Shown: in pieces, positions 12,219 through 23,843 of the stretch
How positions within the stretch are numbered: the stretch's first letter is position 1
Layout of the letters: each line of letters begins with the position of its first letter
NCBI GenBank assembly: GCA_951406725.2
Contig: OX597817.1
Span: 163,060,001 to 163,124,000 of the forward strand
Direction: 5' to 3'
Source: Octopus vulgaris
Taxonomy: Eukaryota
DNA length: 64,000 nt
The notes under the pieces: generated by a model
What the model was told of the DNA's origin: nothing
Database searches by the model: none
What the model saw: the letters and a program-made list of their open reading frames with translations, nothing else
Position numbers and translations under genes: made by a program

Positions 12219-12305
12219 TCTTTATATTTACTGATCTTGTCAAACTCTTTCACTGCTATATTGTGATCGTAAGGAAATTTCGCCATTATATTGTAATCAC
12301 AAGGA

Positions 12306-12349
<44 letters not shown>

Positions 12350-12669
12350 CATCACAGGGTGTTCAGGCTAAATTTGACAGTTTGCATGAAAGGAAAAGAA
12401 AAAAACTATCCCATCCAAAAGTAAAATATAAAAAAAAAAAATCAAAAGCCATCAACTAGATTATGGCTGGGAGATAACATTTTACTCAAAGTAGCTGCCT
12501 TCAGCTTCCCTTACTGTCTTAAGACGACTCTGGAACCTAGCACATGCATTCCTCACTGTGTCCTTGGGAAGATCTTCAAGCATCTTTATCTTGGTCAGCA
12601 GCTCGGTCTGTGTTGTAGGCAGAGCGTTTGGTGTCTTTCTCAACTGCTCTCCACGCATAGTCATCCATG

Positions 12670-13108
12670 GAACTCCGACGTCTGGCAGCTGACTTGGCAG
12701 ACACCCATAAAATTATCAACCATCGTACAAACAATAACTCTGAGCACCTTTTCAAACTCCACCCGTCTAACACCCATGGACATATTTACAAAGTAAGAAA
12801 ACAGCACAGCTCCCATGACTTCAGGAAACATTTGAGAGTTGCTGAAGCATGGAACAAACTGCCGGCATCAGTTGTTAGTTGTCGGAGCACTGCATCCTTC
12901 AAAACTTCCATGCTTCCTGAGATTCGCCAACACTACACTTGATTTTCTCCCCTCCATACATACACAAGCATGTATCTGACTCATACATTGTTCACTTTCC
13001 AGACATTTCTACATTACTGCATGTACTTTATATGCACTTTCTGACAAGTTGTGGTGTACCTGAGCACTGTATACAATAATTTCATTATTATTATTATTAT
13101 TATTATTA
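12670..13108 (+). mobile_element. CR1/L2-group LINE 3' end (ORF2 C-terminus, 3' UTR, (ATT)n tail)
   Basis: LRRLAADLADTHKII...THGHIYKVRKQ...RVAEAWNKLPASVV...FK matches the CR1-clade ORF2 C-terminal pattern; second copy at 18027. Confidence 0.85.
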
Positions 13109-13830
13109 TAACCAGAGCAATTAGGAGGCCAGAAATTGGGGCTGGTGAAGTCAACCACTTGTGACTCGTTCCAGAGGTATGGATAGGAGCCAAATTATGC
13201 TGCTGCACATATGGTTTTCAGTAGCAACAAGCTCCAGCCAGGGTTTGACTACAGTCTTCAGCAGCTTCACATAGCCATCTGAATTGAACCTGGGGCCTTG
13301 TTCAAAGATGTTGGGTGGCATGACATCACTCTTATTGGAGATACACTTGATTCTCATGATACGTGGGACATCACATGGATTGTAGGCAAACCACTTGTTG
13401 CTCTAAGTGTTGTGCATCTGGTCCTTACAGTTTCTTTCATCTGAGAAGAATCAGTTCAGCCCCAATTTAACAAAATACCTCAGTTTGTTTGGGAGCTTCT
13501 TCACCTTCGTAAAACAGTTCTTGGCTGTCAGAATTTGTTCTTTGGCCCTCTTGTACAAATGGTAGCGAAGGTCTTTATTCAGGGCCTGCTTCATGATGGC
13601 AACCCCAACACCCATTCCTCTCGTCAAGGACTGGATTCCCTTACCCGGCTCTTTTATCACATTGTTTTGCAGTTGATGGATGAATTCCGGCGTGCAGACA
13701 CAGAACGTCTGTTGTGTCCGTTCCTCCTGGCCACAGCTTCGTAGTCTCCGTTGCTGCTGTCCTTCTCACGTCTTACAGCTTTTACAGTGTCCATAGAGCA
13801 CTGAGAAGCAATCAATGAGCAGCAAGAACC

Positions 13831-14187
13831 AGTGGAGACGCAATGGCCCAATGGTTAGGGCAGCGGACTCGCGGTTTCGATTCCCAGACCGGGCGTTGTG
13901 TATGTTTATTGAGCGAAAACACTTAAAGCTCCACGAGGCTCCGGCAAGGGGTGGTGGCGACCCCTGTTGTACTCTTTCGTCCCAACTTTCTCTCACTCTT
14001 TCTTCCTGTTTCTTGTCCCCGACTTCCTACGCAACAGCTGAGCCTGGATGCGCATTATTCATCCATCCGTCAATGCTCTCGGTGTCGGAGGTTGACCTGC
14101 TTTCTCTTCTGCGGGTCTTACGAATAGCAAAGGACCACGTTTCGGACTTCTCCCACTAGAACGAAGACCGCTACGCTCAACAGCAAC
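13831..14187 (+). mobile_element. tRNA-headed SINE (family C head, different 3' half, CAA-type tail)
   Basis: 13-bp TSD AGCAGCAAGAACC at 13818-13830 and 14188-14200; A-box TGGCCCAATGG and B-box-like GGTTTCGATTCCC. Confidence 0.85.
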
Positions 14188-14609
14188 AGCAGCAAGAACC
14201 CACAACACAGAGACAATACTTCATGCTAGTGAGGAGGGCCAACAAAGAATTGATGGCCCTCGTAGCACGAAGGAAGGACACCGAGAGAAATGGTGAGATC
14301 TTCAACATCAGCACTAGAAACGCTATAAAGGTTCTAGAGAGAGCTTGCCTCACGACGTAAAAGTAACGAGTTGGCTTTTAGGGGGTTTCCTAAAGAAACT
14401 CCAACCAAATAGGGAGGTCGAACCACTCGACCTTTAACGGTACCCGGAAGGTAAGTAGCTTCCCTCTTTTTCTTCACTGATGACTTTTTCCGGTCATCAT
14501 GGAAAGTAGGGTCGCCCTGAGAGCAATATAACCTGCACAATGGCCTCAGGTCACTAGCTATGGATGTGACGACCGTCAGCGAAAACAGTATTTCCGATCT
14601 AACCGCTTA

Positions 14610-15298
14610 TTTCAACACACGGCTATGATGCTCTCCCACTAATTCTGCTTGTGATCAGAGATGCACATATCGTCAGCCATTAAGGAACATGCTCAACTGG
14701 TTATGGTCAAACAACTGACAAGCAAATCTGTGGTGATGAGCAGAATATTTGCTGTAGCCCATCTTTTATACCAAGACAAAACAATGTACATACATGATAA
14801 CATTTCCAATCAGTTAAGATCAGGAGCCATGAGAGCCACTGCATCAGGGCATGGTCACTATCTGGTACTACATCAGGGCATATTATTATTATTAGTGAGT
14901 GAGAGAGCGGTGCATGCCATCAAAGTGACACTGGGGTTAAATATACGAAGCCCAGTAAACTCATCATGACTACCTGTCTGATAAGGGCACACCAGACACA
15001 TGCATCACAACCATATGTGCGTAACATGGTGATCTCATATCAAGATAAACAGCACATGACGAGTAGCACATCCCGCTCAAAAGGTCCCTGAATAAGGATT
15101 GTTTAAGGATGTTGAATGAACCACCCATGTTTCCAAAGGTGAATTATCCAAACCTCTAAAATTTCCTCTCAACACACGGCTGTGATGCTCCCCTACTACT
15201 TTTGCTCGTGATCAGAGATGCACATATCGTCAGTCACTAAGGGACATGGTCAACTGGTTAAGGTCAAACAACTGACAAGCAAATCTGTGGTATTGAGC
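14610..15298 (+). repeat. Two adjacent partial copies of an unclassified interspersed repeat (probable retroposon 3' region) followed by (TAT)n
   Basis: About 128 bp shared between 14613-14740 and 15171-15298; ATT-repeat tails at 14880 and 15299-15414. Confidence 0.55.
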
Positions 15299-15355
15299 TA
15301 TTATTATTATTACTATTATTATTATTATTACTATTATTATTATTATTATTATTAC

Positions 15356-15415
<60 letters not shown>

Positions 15416-16197
15416 CCGAACTTTACTCGAAGTTTATCATGCTCTTTAATCATAGATGATGCAGAAATTTCTGAAGCGTTCCATAGTTTTTCTATAGATG
15501 AATGAACAGCCGTCTGGCTAAGAAGTTTGCTTCAGAACCACACAGCGCGGCACCTTAATGAAGTGTCTTCTACTGTAGCCTCAGATCTGTTAGAGAAATT
15601 TAGCGGACAGAAAATATATAGGAATAGGTGACGCGTATGAGTTTGTGTTCACGCGTACATCCCGTCAAATCAACATAGGGAACATGGAAGCGTATACTGA
15701 TTTAAAACTGGAAGTCGAGTTGCGTCCCTTGATTACTACACTATTGAAACTCATAAAAGAGTAAAATGAGATTATATAAATGTCATGAATTTTTTTTAAT
15801 ATTCTAATTAAATATTCCTTCTTACCAATATTAAAATTTAGCAGTTTAAGTAAAAAAATTTGCCAAAATATATTCATTTATTTTAATATCAGATTTATTT
15901 AATTTCAGTTTTTGACAGACACTTCAGTTTTATTCAGACCAGAGTTGTTTCCCTTACACTATAACCTGTAGTTTGTTAGCATTCTCATCCCATACCAATT
16001 TTACTGAAACCGACGGGATAAAACATATTAGCACAAAGTAAAAGTAAGAAAAGATAGATTTAAATATGTATAATGTTATGAAATTAAAGATATTTAATCA
16101 TAAAATCACTAGAAAAGTCAAGTTGAGCGATCACTTCGGTTTAATAGGTACAAATTAAAAATGGTTGAACAACCATTAATAGAATTTGATAATGTAA

Positions 16198-16591
16198 CTA
16201 GCAGTATCGCCCGGCGTTGCTCGGGTTTGTTTCGACCCTTTAGAGTTGGAATTTTTGAAAAGTAAAAATTTTGCATTATATAACCTGTTATTCTCTTTAA
16301 GTGAACATTTTTCTGGTTGAAATACACCGAAAAATGGTGATACAGCAGTCAAAAAATCGTAAAAGATTGGGATTTTCATAGAAAAAAAAAGCACCTTTTT
16401 GATGTAAATGATTTTTGGTGTTAACATGGTCCGATTTGAATTTTATCTTCTACGGATGGAAGAGCAAGCCTTTTTGTATCATATTCTCAATTTTGGTCAA
16501 CTTGCGCCGCAGGATCTCGGAGGAGATAGTGTTAATTGAAGGCTACCAAACCTGCCACACACAGACAACTTCAGCTTTACATAGAGAGAGA
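16198..16591 (-). mobile_element. Non-autonomous Helitron
   Basis: Minus strand begins A|TCTCTCTCTATGTAAAG and ends CCCGAGCAACGCCGGG (hairpin) CGATACTGCTAG|T, with no TSD. Confidence 0.85.
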
Positions 16592-16595
16592 TTTA

Positions 16596-16810
16596 ATAAT
16601 CCTTTCTAGTATAGGCACAGGGCTTGAAATTTGAGGGGAAGGAGCAAGTCGATAATGTCGACCCCTGCGCTTGTTCTGGTACTTGTTTTACTGACCGCGA
16701 AAGGATGAAAGGAAAAGTCGATCTCGGCAGCATTTGAACTCAGAACGTAAAACCGGAAGAAATCTCGCTAAGCATTTTGTGTTAACGATTCTGCCAGCTC
16801 GCTGCCTTAA
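16596..16810 (-). mobile_element. SINE family A copy
   Basis: Reverse complement of the family motif (aaaggatgaaagg...gtcga...tttgaactcagaacgt...ctgccagctcg). Confidence 0.8.
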
Positions 16811-16950
16811 TGTCAATTAATAATAAAATTGATTAATTGAGATTAACATAATTACAACTTCATCGGTTAGTTGAATCCTTGATTTTTACCGTAATTAAAA
16901 TGACAGTCTTGAAGTAGCTTCTAATATATCACACAAATAGGTATACATAG

Positions 16951-17334
16951 TGGAAGCACTCCGTCCGTTACGACGAAGAGGGTTCCGGTTGATCCGAATC
17001 AACGGAACAGCCTGCTCGTGAAATTAACGTGTAAGTGGCTGACCACTCCACAGACACGTGTACCCTTAACGGAGTTCTCGGGGATATTCAGCGTGACACA
17101 GAGAGTGACAAGGCCGGCCCTTTGAAATACAGGTACAACATAAACAGGAAGTAAGAGTGAGAGAAAGTTGTGGTGAAAGAGTACAGCAGGGATCACCACC
17201 ATCCCCTGCCGGAGCCTCGTGGAACTTTTAGGTGTTTTCGCTCAATAAATACTCACAACGCCCGGTCTGGGAATCGAAACCGCGATCCTATGACCGCGAG
17301 TCCGCTGCCCTAACCACTGGGCCATTGCACCTCC
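16951..17334 (-). mobile_element. tRNA-derived SINE family C, full length
   Basis: 13-bp TSD ATAGGTATACATA (16937-49, 17336-48); near-identical to 62398-62780. Confidence 0.9.
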
Positions 17335-17518
17335 GATAGGTATACATACTATGTTAGGAAAGAGTATATTTCTGTTTCCTTACCGGGGAATAGATGTGGT
17401 CACTCCTTGGATTTGGTAAATCAGTGGTCCTCAACTATTTCCTCCCCTATGAAACCCTTTGATGTCTATCTTATTCTACTGGACCCTCGTAGCCATTCAA
17501 TGTTTAAAAAAACCCTAT

Positions 17519-17925
17519 TACTCTTACTCTTTTAGTTGCTTCAGTCATTTGACTGTGGCCATGCTGGAGCGTCGCCTTTAGTCGAGCAAATCGACCCATA
17601 GAGTTATTCTTTGTAAGCCTGGTACTTATTCTATCGGTCTCTTTTGCCGAACCGCTATATTACGGGGACGTAAACACACCACCATCGGTTGTCAAGCGAT
17701 GTTGAGGGGGGGGGACAAACAAGGACACACAAACATAAATACACACACACACAAACATATATACATATATACGACGGGCTTCTTTCAGTTTCCGTCTACC
17801 AAATCCACCCACAAGGCTTTGGTCGGCCCGAGGCTATAGTAGAAGACACTTGCCCAAAGTGGGAATGAACCTGGAACCATGTGGTTGGTAAGCAAGCTAC
17901 TTACCACACAGTCGCTCCTGCGCCT
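17519..17925 (-). mobile_element. tRNA-derived SINE family B (internal CA/TA microsatellite)
   Basis: Reverse complement of ggcgcaggagtggctgtgtggtaag...ttgggcaagtgtcttc...gactgaaacaagtaaaagag. Confidence 0.88.
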
Positions 17926-18026
17926 ATCATCATATTTTTATAATCAAATATTATTAGGAATTGTATAAAAAAAATTGTTAAAATATTTTATGCATCGTAA
18001 AAGTATAATGAATTATACTTGAATTA

Positions 18027-18350
18027 TAACACCCGTGGACATATTCCCAAAGTCAGAAAACAGCACAGCTCCCATGACTTCAGGAAACATTTTTTCACGC
18101 TGAGAGTTGCTGAAGCATGGAACAAACTGCCGGCATCAGTTGTTAGTTGTCGGAGCACTGCATCCTTCAAAACTTCCATGCTTCCAGAGATTCGCCAACA
18201 CTACACTTGATTTTCTCCCCTCCATACATACACAAGCATGTATCTGACTCATACATTGTTCGCTTTCCAGACTTTATATGCACTTTCTGACAAGTTGTGG
18301 TGCACCTGAGCACTGTATACAATAATTTCATTATTATTATTATTATTATT
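18027..18350 (+). mobile_element. CR1/L2-group LINE 3' end, second copy
   Basis: TRGHIPKVRKQHSSHDFRKHFFTLRVAEAWNKLP; near-identical to 12768-13108. Confidence 0.85.
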
Positions 18351-18732
18351 AATTGCACAATTTTTAACGAATAAAATCTTACTTGGACCCCTAAAGGTCA
18401 TATGAACCTCGGTTGAGAACTACTGTTCTAGATATAGAAACACGATGAGGTAATCGAGATCTTTCGTCATTAGATTGCTTGATCTGATCTACCTGAGTAG
18501 CGTAAATTAGGAGCGATGCGTCAAAACTTATCGTTAACGTTATTACCATATCAGGGCCTTGGTCAGTATGCTTGTAACAGACTGATTCCATCTAGGTGCT
18601 TGTGTGTTGTGTGTGTGTATGTGTGTGTGTGTGTGTATGTGTGTGTGCGTGCGTGCTTCGATGCGTATTTTTAACCAGTGGGGTTTAATAGTTATTTACG
18701 AAAGCAACTGATCAGTAATATGTAGCGAGGTA

Positions 18733-19145
18733 AAGGCGGCAAGCTGGCTGAACCGTTAGCGTGCCGGGCAAAAATGCTTAGCGGCTCTGAGTTCGAATTC
18801 CGCCGAGGTCGACTTTGCTTTTTATCTTTTCAGGGTTGATGAAATAAGTACCAGTTGAGCACGGGGTTCAATGTAATCGACTAACCCTCTCCCCACAAAT
18901 TCCAGGCCTTGTGGCAAAATTTGAAACCATAATAATAATAATTATTATTCCACTGAGCTGGCAGAATCGTTAACACGCAGGTTAAACTGCTTGGTAGCAA
19001 TTGGTCTGTCATCATACTCTGAGGTCGATTTTAATCGAGGTCGACTTTAATCGATAAGATAAGTACCAGTTGATCACTAGGGTCGAGATATAATCGACTT
19101 ACCCTACCCAGAAATTGCAGGCCTTGTGCCCAAATTTGAAAGCAA
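18733..19145 (+). mobile_element. Two SINE family A copies
   Basis: Heads at about 18733 and 18953 with the family core. Confidence 0.75.
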
Positions 19146-19189
19146 TATTTAAAGAGGTTAAAGCGTAGGACAGAATCATTAAAAGCATG

Positions 19190-19504
19190 TTTGTTGTTGT
19201 TTGTTCCTTCTCGAACCACGCCTGGCTCATAAGGGCTGGTTTCCCGCTTTCCTTGGCATATAGGTTCTCCACCTGGATGGGATGCCGGTCCGTCGCAGGT
19301 GAGCTGCAAGATGCAGGAGGAAAGAGTGAGAGAAAGTTGTGGCGAAAGAGTCAGCAGAAGTTCACCATTACCTTCTGTCGGAGTCGCGTGAAGCTTAGGG
19401 GTTTCGCTCATAAACACACACACATCGCCCGGTCTGAGATTCGAACCCGCGATCCCTCAACCGCGAGTCTGCTGCTCTAACCACTAGGCCATGTGCCTCC
19501 ACAC
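19190..19504 (-). mobile_element. tRNA-derived SINE (family D-like) with an (AAC)n tail
   Basis: 13-bp TSD CATTAAAAGCATG (19177-89, 19505-17); head TGGCCTAGTGGTTAGAGCAGCAGACTCG...GGTTCGAATC. Confidence 0.88.
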
Positions 19505-19991
19505 CATTAAAAGCATGGATTGCAATTATTAGTGGGTATGAAGTGGTGATCTGGCAGAGTTGTTAGAGCGTGGGGTCGTGTGGGGGAAGATGCTTTGTTG
19601 CATTTCTTCCTCCTCACGTTCTGAGTTCAAATTGCGCCGAGGTCGATTTGGCCTTTCATCTTTTCGGGGTCGGTTAAATGAGTACCAGTCGAACACTAGG
19701 ACCGATTTAATCGACTTGCCTCCTCCCCTAAAATTACTGGTCTTGCACCAAAATTTGAAAGCATTATTGGGTAGTATGAATTTCATGGTAGCGGTTGATA
19801 TCTTCTATTTCTTTCGTTCATTGAACTTGTATAAGAACAAATGGACTCAAATATATATTCATATATTTATTTCTGGTATTTATTCTCTCGGTCTCTTTTG
19901 CCGAATCGCAATGTTACGGAGAGGTAGACGAGCCAACACTAGTTGTGAAGCGGTGGAGGAGTTAGAAACACAGACAGAAAGATACTTACGC

Positions 19992-20039
<48 letters not shown>

Positions 20040-20040
<1 letters not shown>

Positions 20041-20552
20041 TAGCAGTATCGCCCGGCGTTGCTCGGGTTTGTAAGGGAAATAACTATATAAGCATTTTTA
20101 GAGAGTTACTTCCCTTATAGATGCCAATTCGGGCTTTTTTAGCCATTTCTGTTTTGGTGTCTTCAAGCCATGAAGTCGTTGTTCTAAAAGAACGCTGGTC
20201 TCCTTGACAACGCTTTACGACGTTGATTTCCTTACACTCCCTTCCCCACAGCTTCACGAGGGAGGGAAGAAGGGGGAGAAGCAAACAGGTGCAGGTGTGA
20301 CCATGGACGCCAACTCCGCCGCCATCGACACACGAAAAATTATGCATTAAAATGGACTAAAAAAGGATGTTAAATTATTTTTAAAATCGTAGACTCATCG
20401 TAGACGCGCGCTAATACTCAGACGGGCTCGATATGAATCACGACTATAAGATACCCGAATTTGGTTAAACTGCACCGCAAAATGTGGGAGTAGTTAGGAA
20501 TCTAAATCGAAGGGGACAGACACTCACACAACTACAGTTTTATATATATAGA
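20040..20552 (-). mobile_element. Non-autonomous Helitron inserted in (TA)n
   Basis: 5' A|TCTATATATATAAAACTG; 3' hairpin plus CTAG|T identical to the 16198 copy. Confidence 0.85.
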
Positions 20553-20556
20553 TATA

Positions 20557-20817
20557 TTCTTTTATTCTTTTACTTGTTTCAGTCATTTGACTGCGGCTAT
20601 GCTGGAACACCGCCTTTAGTGGAGCAAATCGACCCCAGGGCTTATTCTTTTATAAGCCTAGTACTTATTCTATCGGTCTGTTTTGCCGAACCGCTGTTAT
20701 GGGGACGTAAACACACCAACATCGGTTATCAAATGATGTTGGGGAGACAAACACAGACACATACACACGCATGCAGACACACACACGCACACACACACAC
20801 ACATGCACACGCACACG

Positions 20818-20877
<60 letters not shown>

Positions 20878-21028
20878 ACGGGCTTGTTTCAGTTTCTGTC
20901 TACCAGATCCACTCACAAGGCTTTGGTCGGCCTGAGAAGACACTTGGTCAAGGAGTCCCGCTGTAAGACCGAACCGGAACCATGTGGTTGGTAAGCAAGC
21001 TACATATCACACATCCACTCCTGCGCCT
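20557..21028 (-). mobile_element. SINE family B copy with expanded (CA)n
   Basis: Family motifs on both sides of the microsatellite. Confidence 0.85.
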
Positions 21029-21198
21029 ATATATTTCGGCATCGGAGGCGACGAATTCTCGTTCAAGCATGTGGTTGACTGCCAATACGCACCATTGAAA
21101 AGGCCCGGGAGTGGGGGTCGAAATGCATTTTGTGTCCTTTCTAGCCGCTGCACGGATGAATTTTCGTTTTCCTCCGATATTTATTGATCTTTTAACAC

Positions 21199-21997
21199 AT
21201 TTCTCACTCAGTGGGGCGAGAGAAAACAAAAGACTAGCGGGATTTGTAAGCGACTCTTCAAAAAAAAGGGGGAGATAATTTTGAGAAATTAGAATTAATC
21301 TCCCAAAGTTCATTTGGATTTTTAGGAGAATGGAAAGTTTTTTCTTTTCTTGTTTTTCTTTTTTGCTGGCAAGGGATAGCCAATAAGCATTGACATGTTC
21401 CAGTTCATTTAATCTCTTCAGCAGAGATAAATAGCGCAGTAACAGGCCTATCAACAATGTATATACATTAATTATGATACCTAGATAGCTGCTCAAATAT
21501 AAATATGTTAAGCCACGTAGAATAACATTTGTAACGGTTGGGCGGAACGACACACAAAAACAAACATTTTCTATAAGCTTAACCTTGACAAACCAAAATA
21601 GCTCCACCCCACTTAATTTGTCTCTCATCTTGCTGATTCCAACTGTCACTGGCCTTTCTTTTCACTCAAATGCAACACCGACCAAACAAACTAATATTGT
21701 GTCTGTGTTGTGTACCCAGTTCCCTTCCTTTACCGTTTTTTTTCCTTTTCCCTTTTTGTCAATTGATCAAGTAAGGTTGTGTGAACTGCTCTCTGCCGAA
21801 GAGATTAAACGAACTGAAACACGCCAATGCTTATTGGTTATACCTTGCCAGCAGAAAAAAAAAATTCCATTCTCCTAAAAATCCAAATGAACTCTGGGAG
21901 ATTAATTCTAATTTCTCGAAATTATCTCCCCCTTTTTGAAGAGTCTCTTACAATTCCCGCTAGACTTTTGTTTTCTCTCGTCCCTTGAGTGAGAAAT
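21199..21997. mobile_element. Foldback-like element with ~210-230-bp imperfect terminal inverted repeats
   Basis: 21199-21428 is the reverse complement of 21791-21997 (for example gagaaattagaattaatctccca / tgggagattaattctaatttctc); no clear TSD. Confidence 0.8.
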
Positions 21998-22661
21998 ATC
22001 AAATAATTAATCTCTGATTGACCCATTGTAACCACCTATAACCAATGATGCTATTATTTGCTTTGAAATTGCAATATAACACAGAATAAATAATTAATTA
22101 AATGAATGAGATTTGCGTTCAGAATCATAACTAGCCACTATTATGAAATATATCCAAGGTTAATTTTTTTCAGAACCAGGATATTAGTGGACAAAACAAA
22201 TGTCTGAATTATACTAACTTGACTGTCCTCTAACACATCGTATTGTTTAAGAATGGAAGCCACTTGAGTAGATCTCAAGCAATCATCATTAAAGTATATT
22301 TAAGATATATATTATCTTTTGTCTGGTAATTTCTATGCATTAGGAATCAATAAAATGTGAAAAAAAAGAAAAAGAAAAACTAAAGCAAATATTAGTCCAG
22401 GTGATAAGTAAATATTGCACTAATGTTAGGGAAATTTGAATCTGTATTATCAATAGGTACCAAGTTGTATTGAGCTGTCATACAATGTATGAGCTTTATA
22501 AATGCATTATAGAAAGAAAAGTTGAACAAGCAGCGCAGGAGAGAAGATTTTAGATAACGTCTAAATCAATAGTCTTAGTATATAAAAAGAAACAGGACTT
22601 AATCGATCACCTATTGAGTAACTGCATGTCGTGAAAAAACGTAAACATCAATACGTACATC

Positions 22662-23306
22662 TTCTTTTACTCGTTTACTCTTTTACTTGTTTCAGTCATT
22701 TGACTGTGGCCATGCTGGATCACCGCCTTTTTTTTAGTCGAGCAAATCGACCCCAGGACTTATTCTTTGTAAGCCTAGTACTTATTCTATCGATCTCTTT
22801 TTGCCGAACCGCTAAATTACAGGGACGTAAACACACCAGTATCGGTTGTCAAGCGATGTTGGGGGGACAAACACAAACACACAAATACATAAATACACAC
22901 ACACACACACACACGCACACACACACACTCTCACACACACACGCACACATACACACATATATACATAATCAAAATAAGCAACAAGGATATCCAAGGATAT
23001 GCTTATTTTGATTATAATCACCCCATTTGATTTACATGGATAATACCATACCAAATTCTGGAGCCTTTAACTTAAGTACCATATTCATCTGAATCTAAAT
23101 TTTTGCTGAACTTATATATATATATATATATCTCCATATATACGACGGGCTTCTTTCAGTTTCCGTCTACCAAATCCACTCAAAAGGCTTTGGTCAGCCC
23201 GAGGCTATAGTAGAAGACACTTACCCAAGGTGCCACGCAGTGGGACAGAACCCAGAACCATGTGGTTGGTAAGCAACCTACTTACCACACAGCCACTCCT
23301 GCGCCT
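22662..23306 (-). mobile_element. SINE family B copy split by a ~170-bp insert in its microsatellite
   Basis: 3' half at 22662-22965, 5' half at 23135-23306. Confidence 0.8.
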
Positions 23307-23843
23307 TGGTCATTTTTATTGGTAATTTTATTGATGACATTAATTTTTATTGGTCATTTTTATTGCTGACATTAATTCAGCCCAGGTTATAAAGATTTTT
23401 CCAGGTATCTTCTGAAGAGGGGGGAGATCCCCAACCAGGTTTATTCGAACCGGATTATCGAATAAAGCATTATCTCCAGAACCAAGTGCTAATTCGACTG
23501 GCTTGCTGCCAATCGATTTTTCGATCGAACCAATGAAATTATATCTCCATTGATTTTTCAAGGAATTGTTACAATCGAAAGGTCGCAAGTCCTGGAACAA
23601 CTGACTGAGAGAGATTTGAACTCAGAACGTATAGATCCAAAACAGATATAGCAAGGCATCTCGTCCGACTCTCTAACAATTTTGCTAATCCACCGACCGT
23701 AGGCTGCAACTTTTCTTTTTAAATCAACCCTAAAAAAGAGGAACGGTAAAATTAGCCTCGATAAGATTTGAACTCAGTACGCAGAGGGGTAGTGACAAAC
23801 ATTCTATCGACTCTGCCAATTCATCGCCTTAAAAGTATTTCAG

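Larger units (their letters stand above)
12355..14225 (-). mobile_element. Degenerate Tc1/mariner (DD37D/maT-like) transposon interrupted by a LINE and a SINE
   Basis: One TIR-like end CAGGGTGTTCAGGC at 12355; fragments DLRYHLYKR, FFSDEK, VKLLKTVVKPWL, QQxxLAPIHTS, WPPNCS, DYAW, NACARFQSRLKTVREAEGSYFE*. The second end is not found. Confidence 0.75.
17422..18425. mobile_element. hAT/Charlie-like MITE carrying a nested SINE B and a CR1 fragment
   Basis: TIR CAGTGGTCCTCAAC...GTTGAGAACTACTG; related to 36755-37104; right flank TTCTAGAT. Confidence 0.7.

Noticed and set aside
14477-14525. CTGATGA...GAAA motif (similar cases at 23412 and 35641)
   Set aside because: The core is sequestered in a GATGAC/GTCATC hairpin or the GAAA is missing; the hammerhead stems cannot be built.
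15415-16010. Small minus-strand exon candidates (EKLWNASEISASSMIKEHDKLR; KLVWDENANKLQ)
   Set aside because: Splice signals are weak and the peptides are unrecognised; insufficient evidence to call.
19560-20120. 186-aa ORF, and recurrent [21 protein letters not shown] ORFs elsewhere
   Set aside because: Chance read-through of SINE, microsatellite and Helitron sequence.
20948-21649. 233-aa minus-strand ORF
   Set aside because: Runs across a SINE end and a TIR arm; no recognisable domain.
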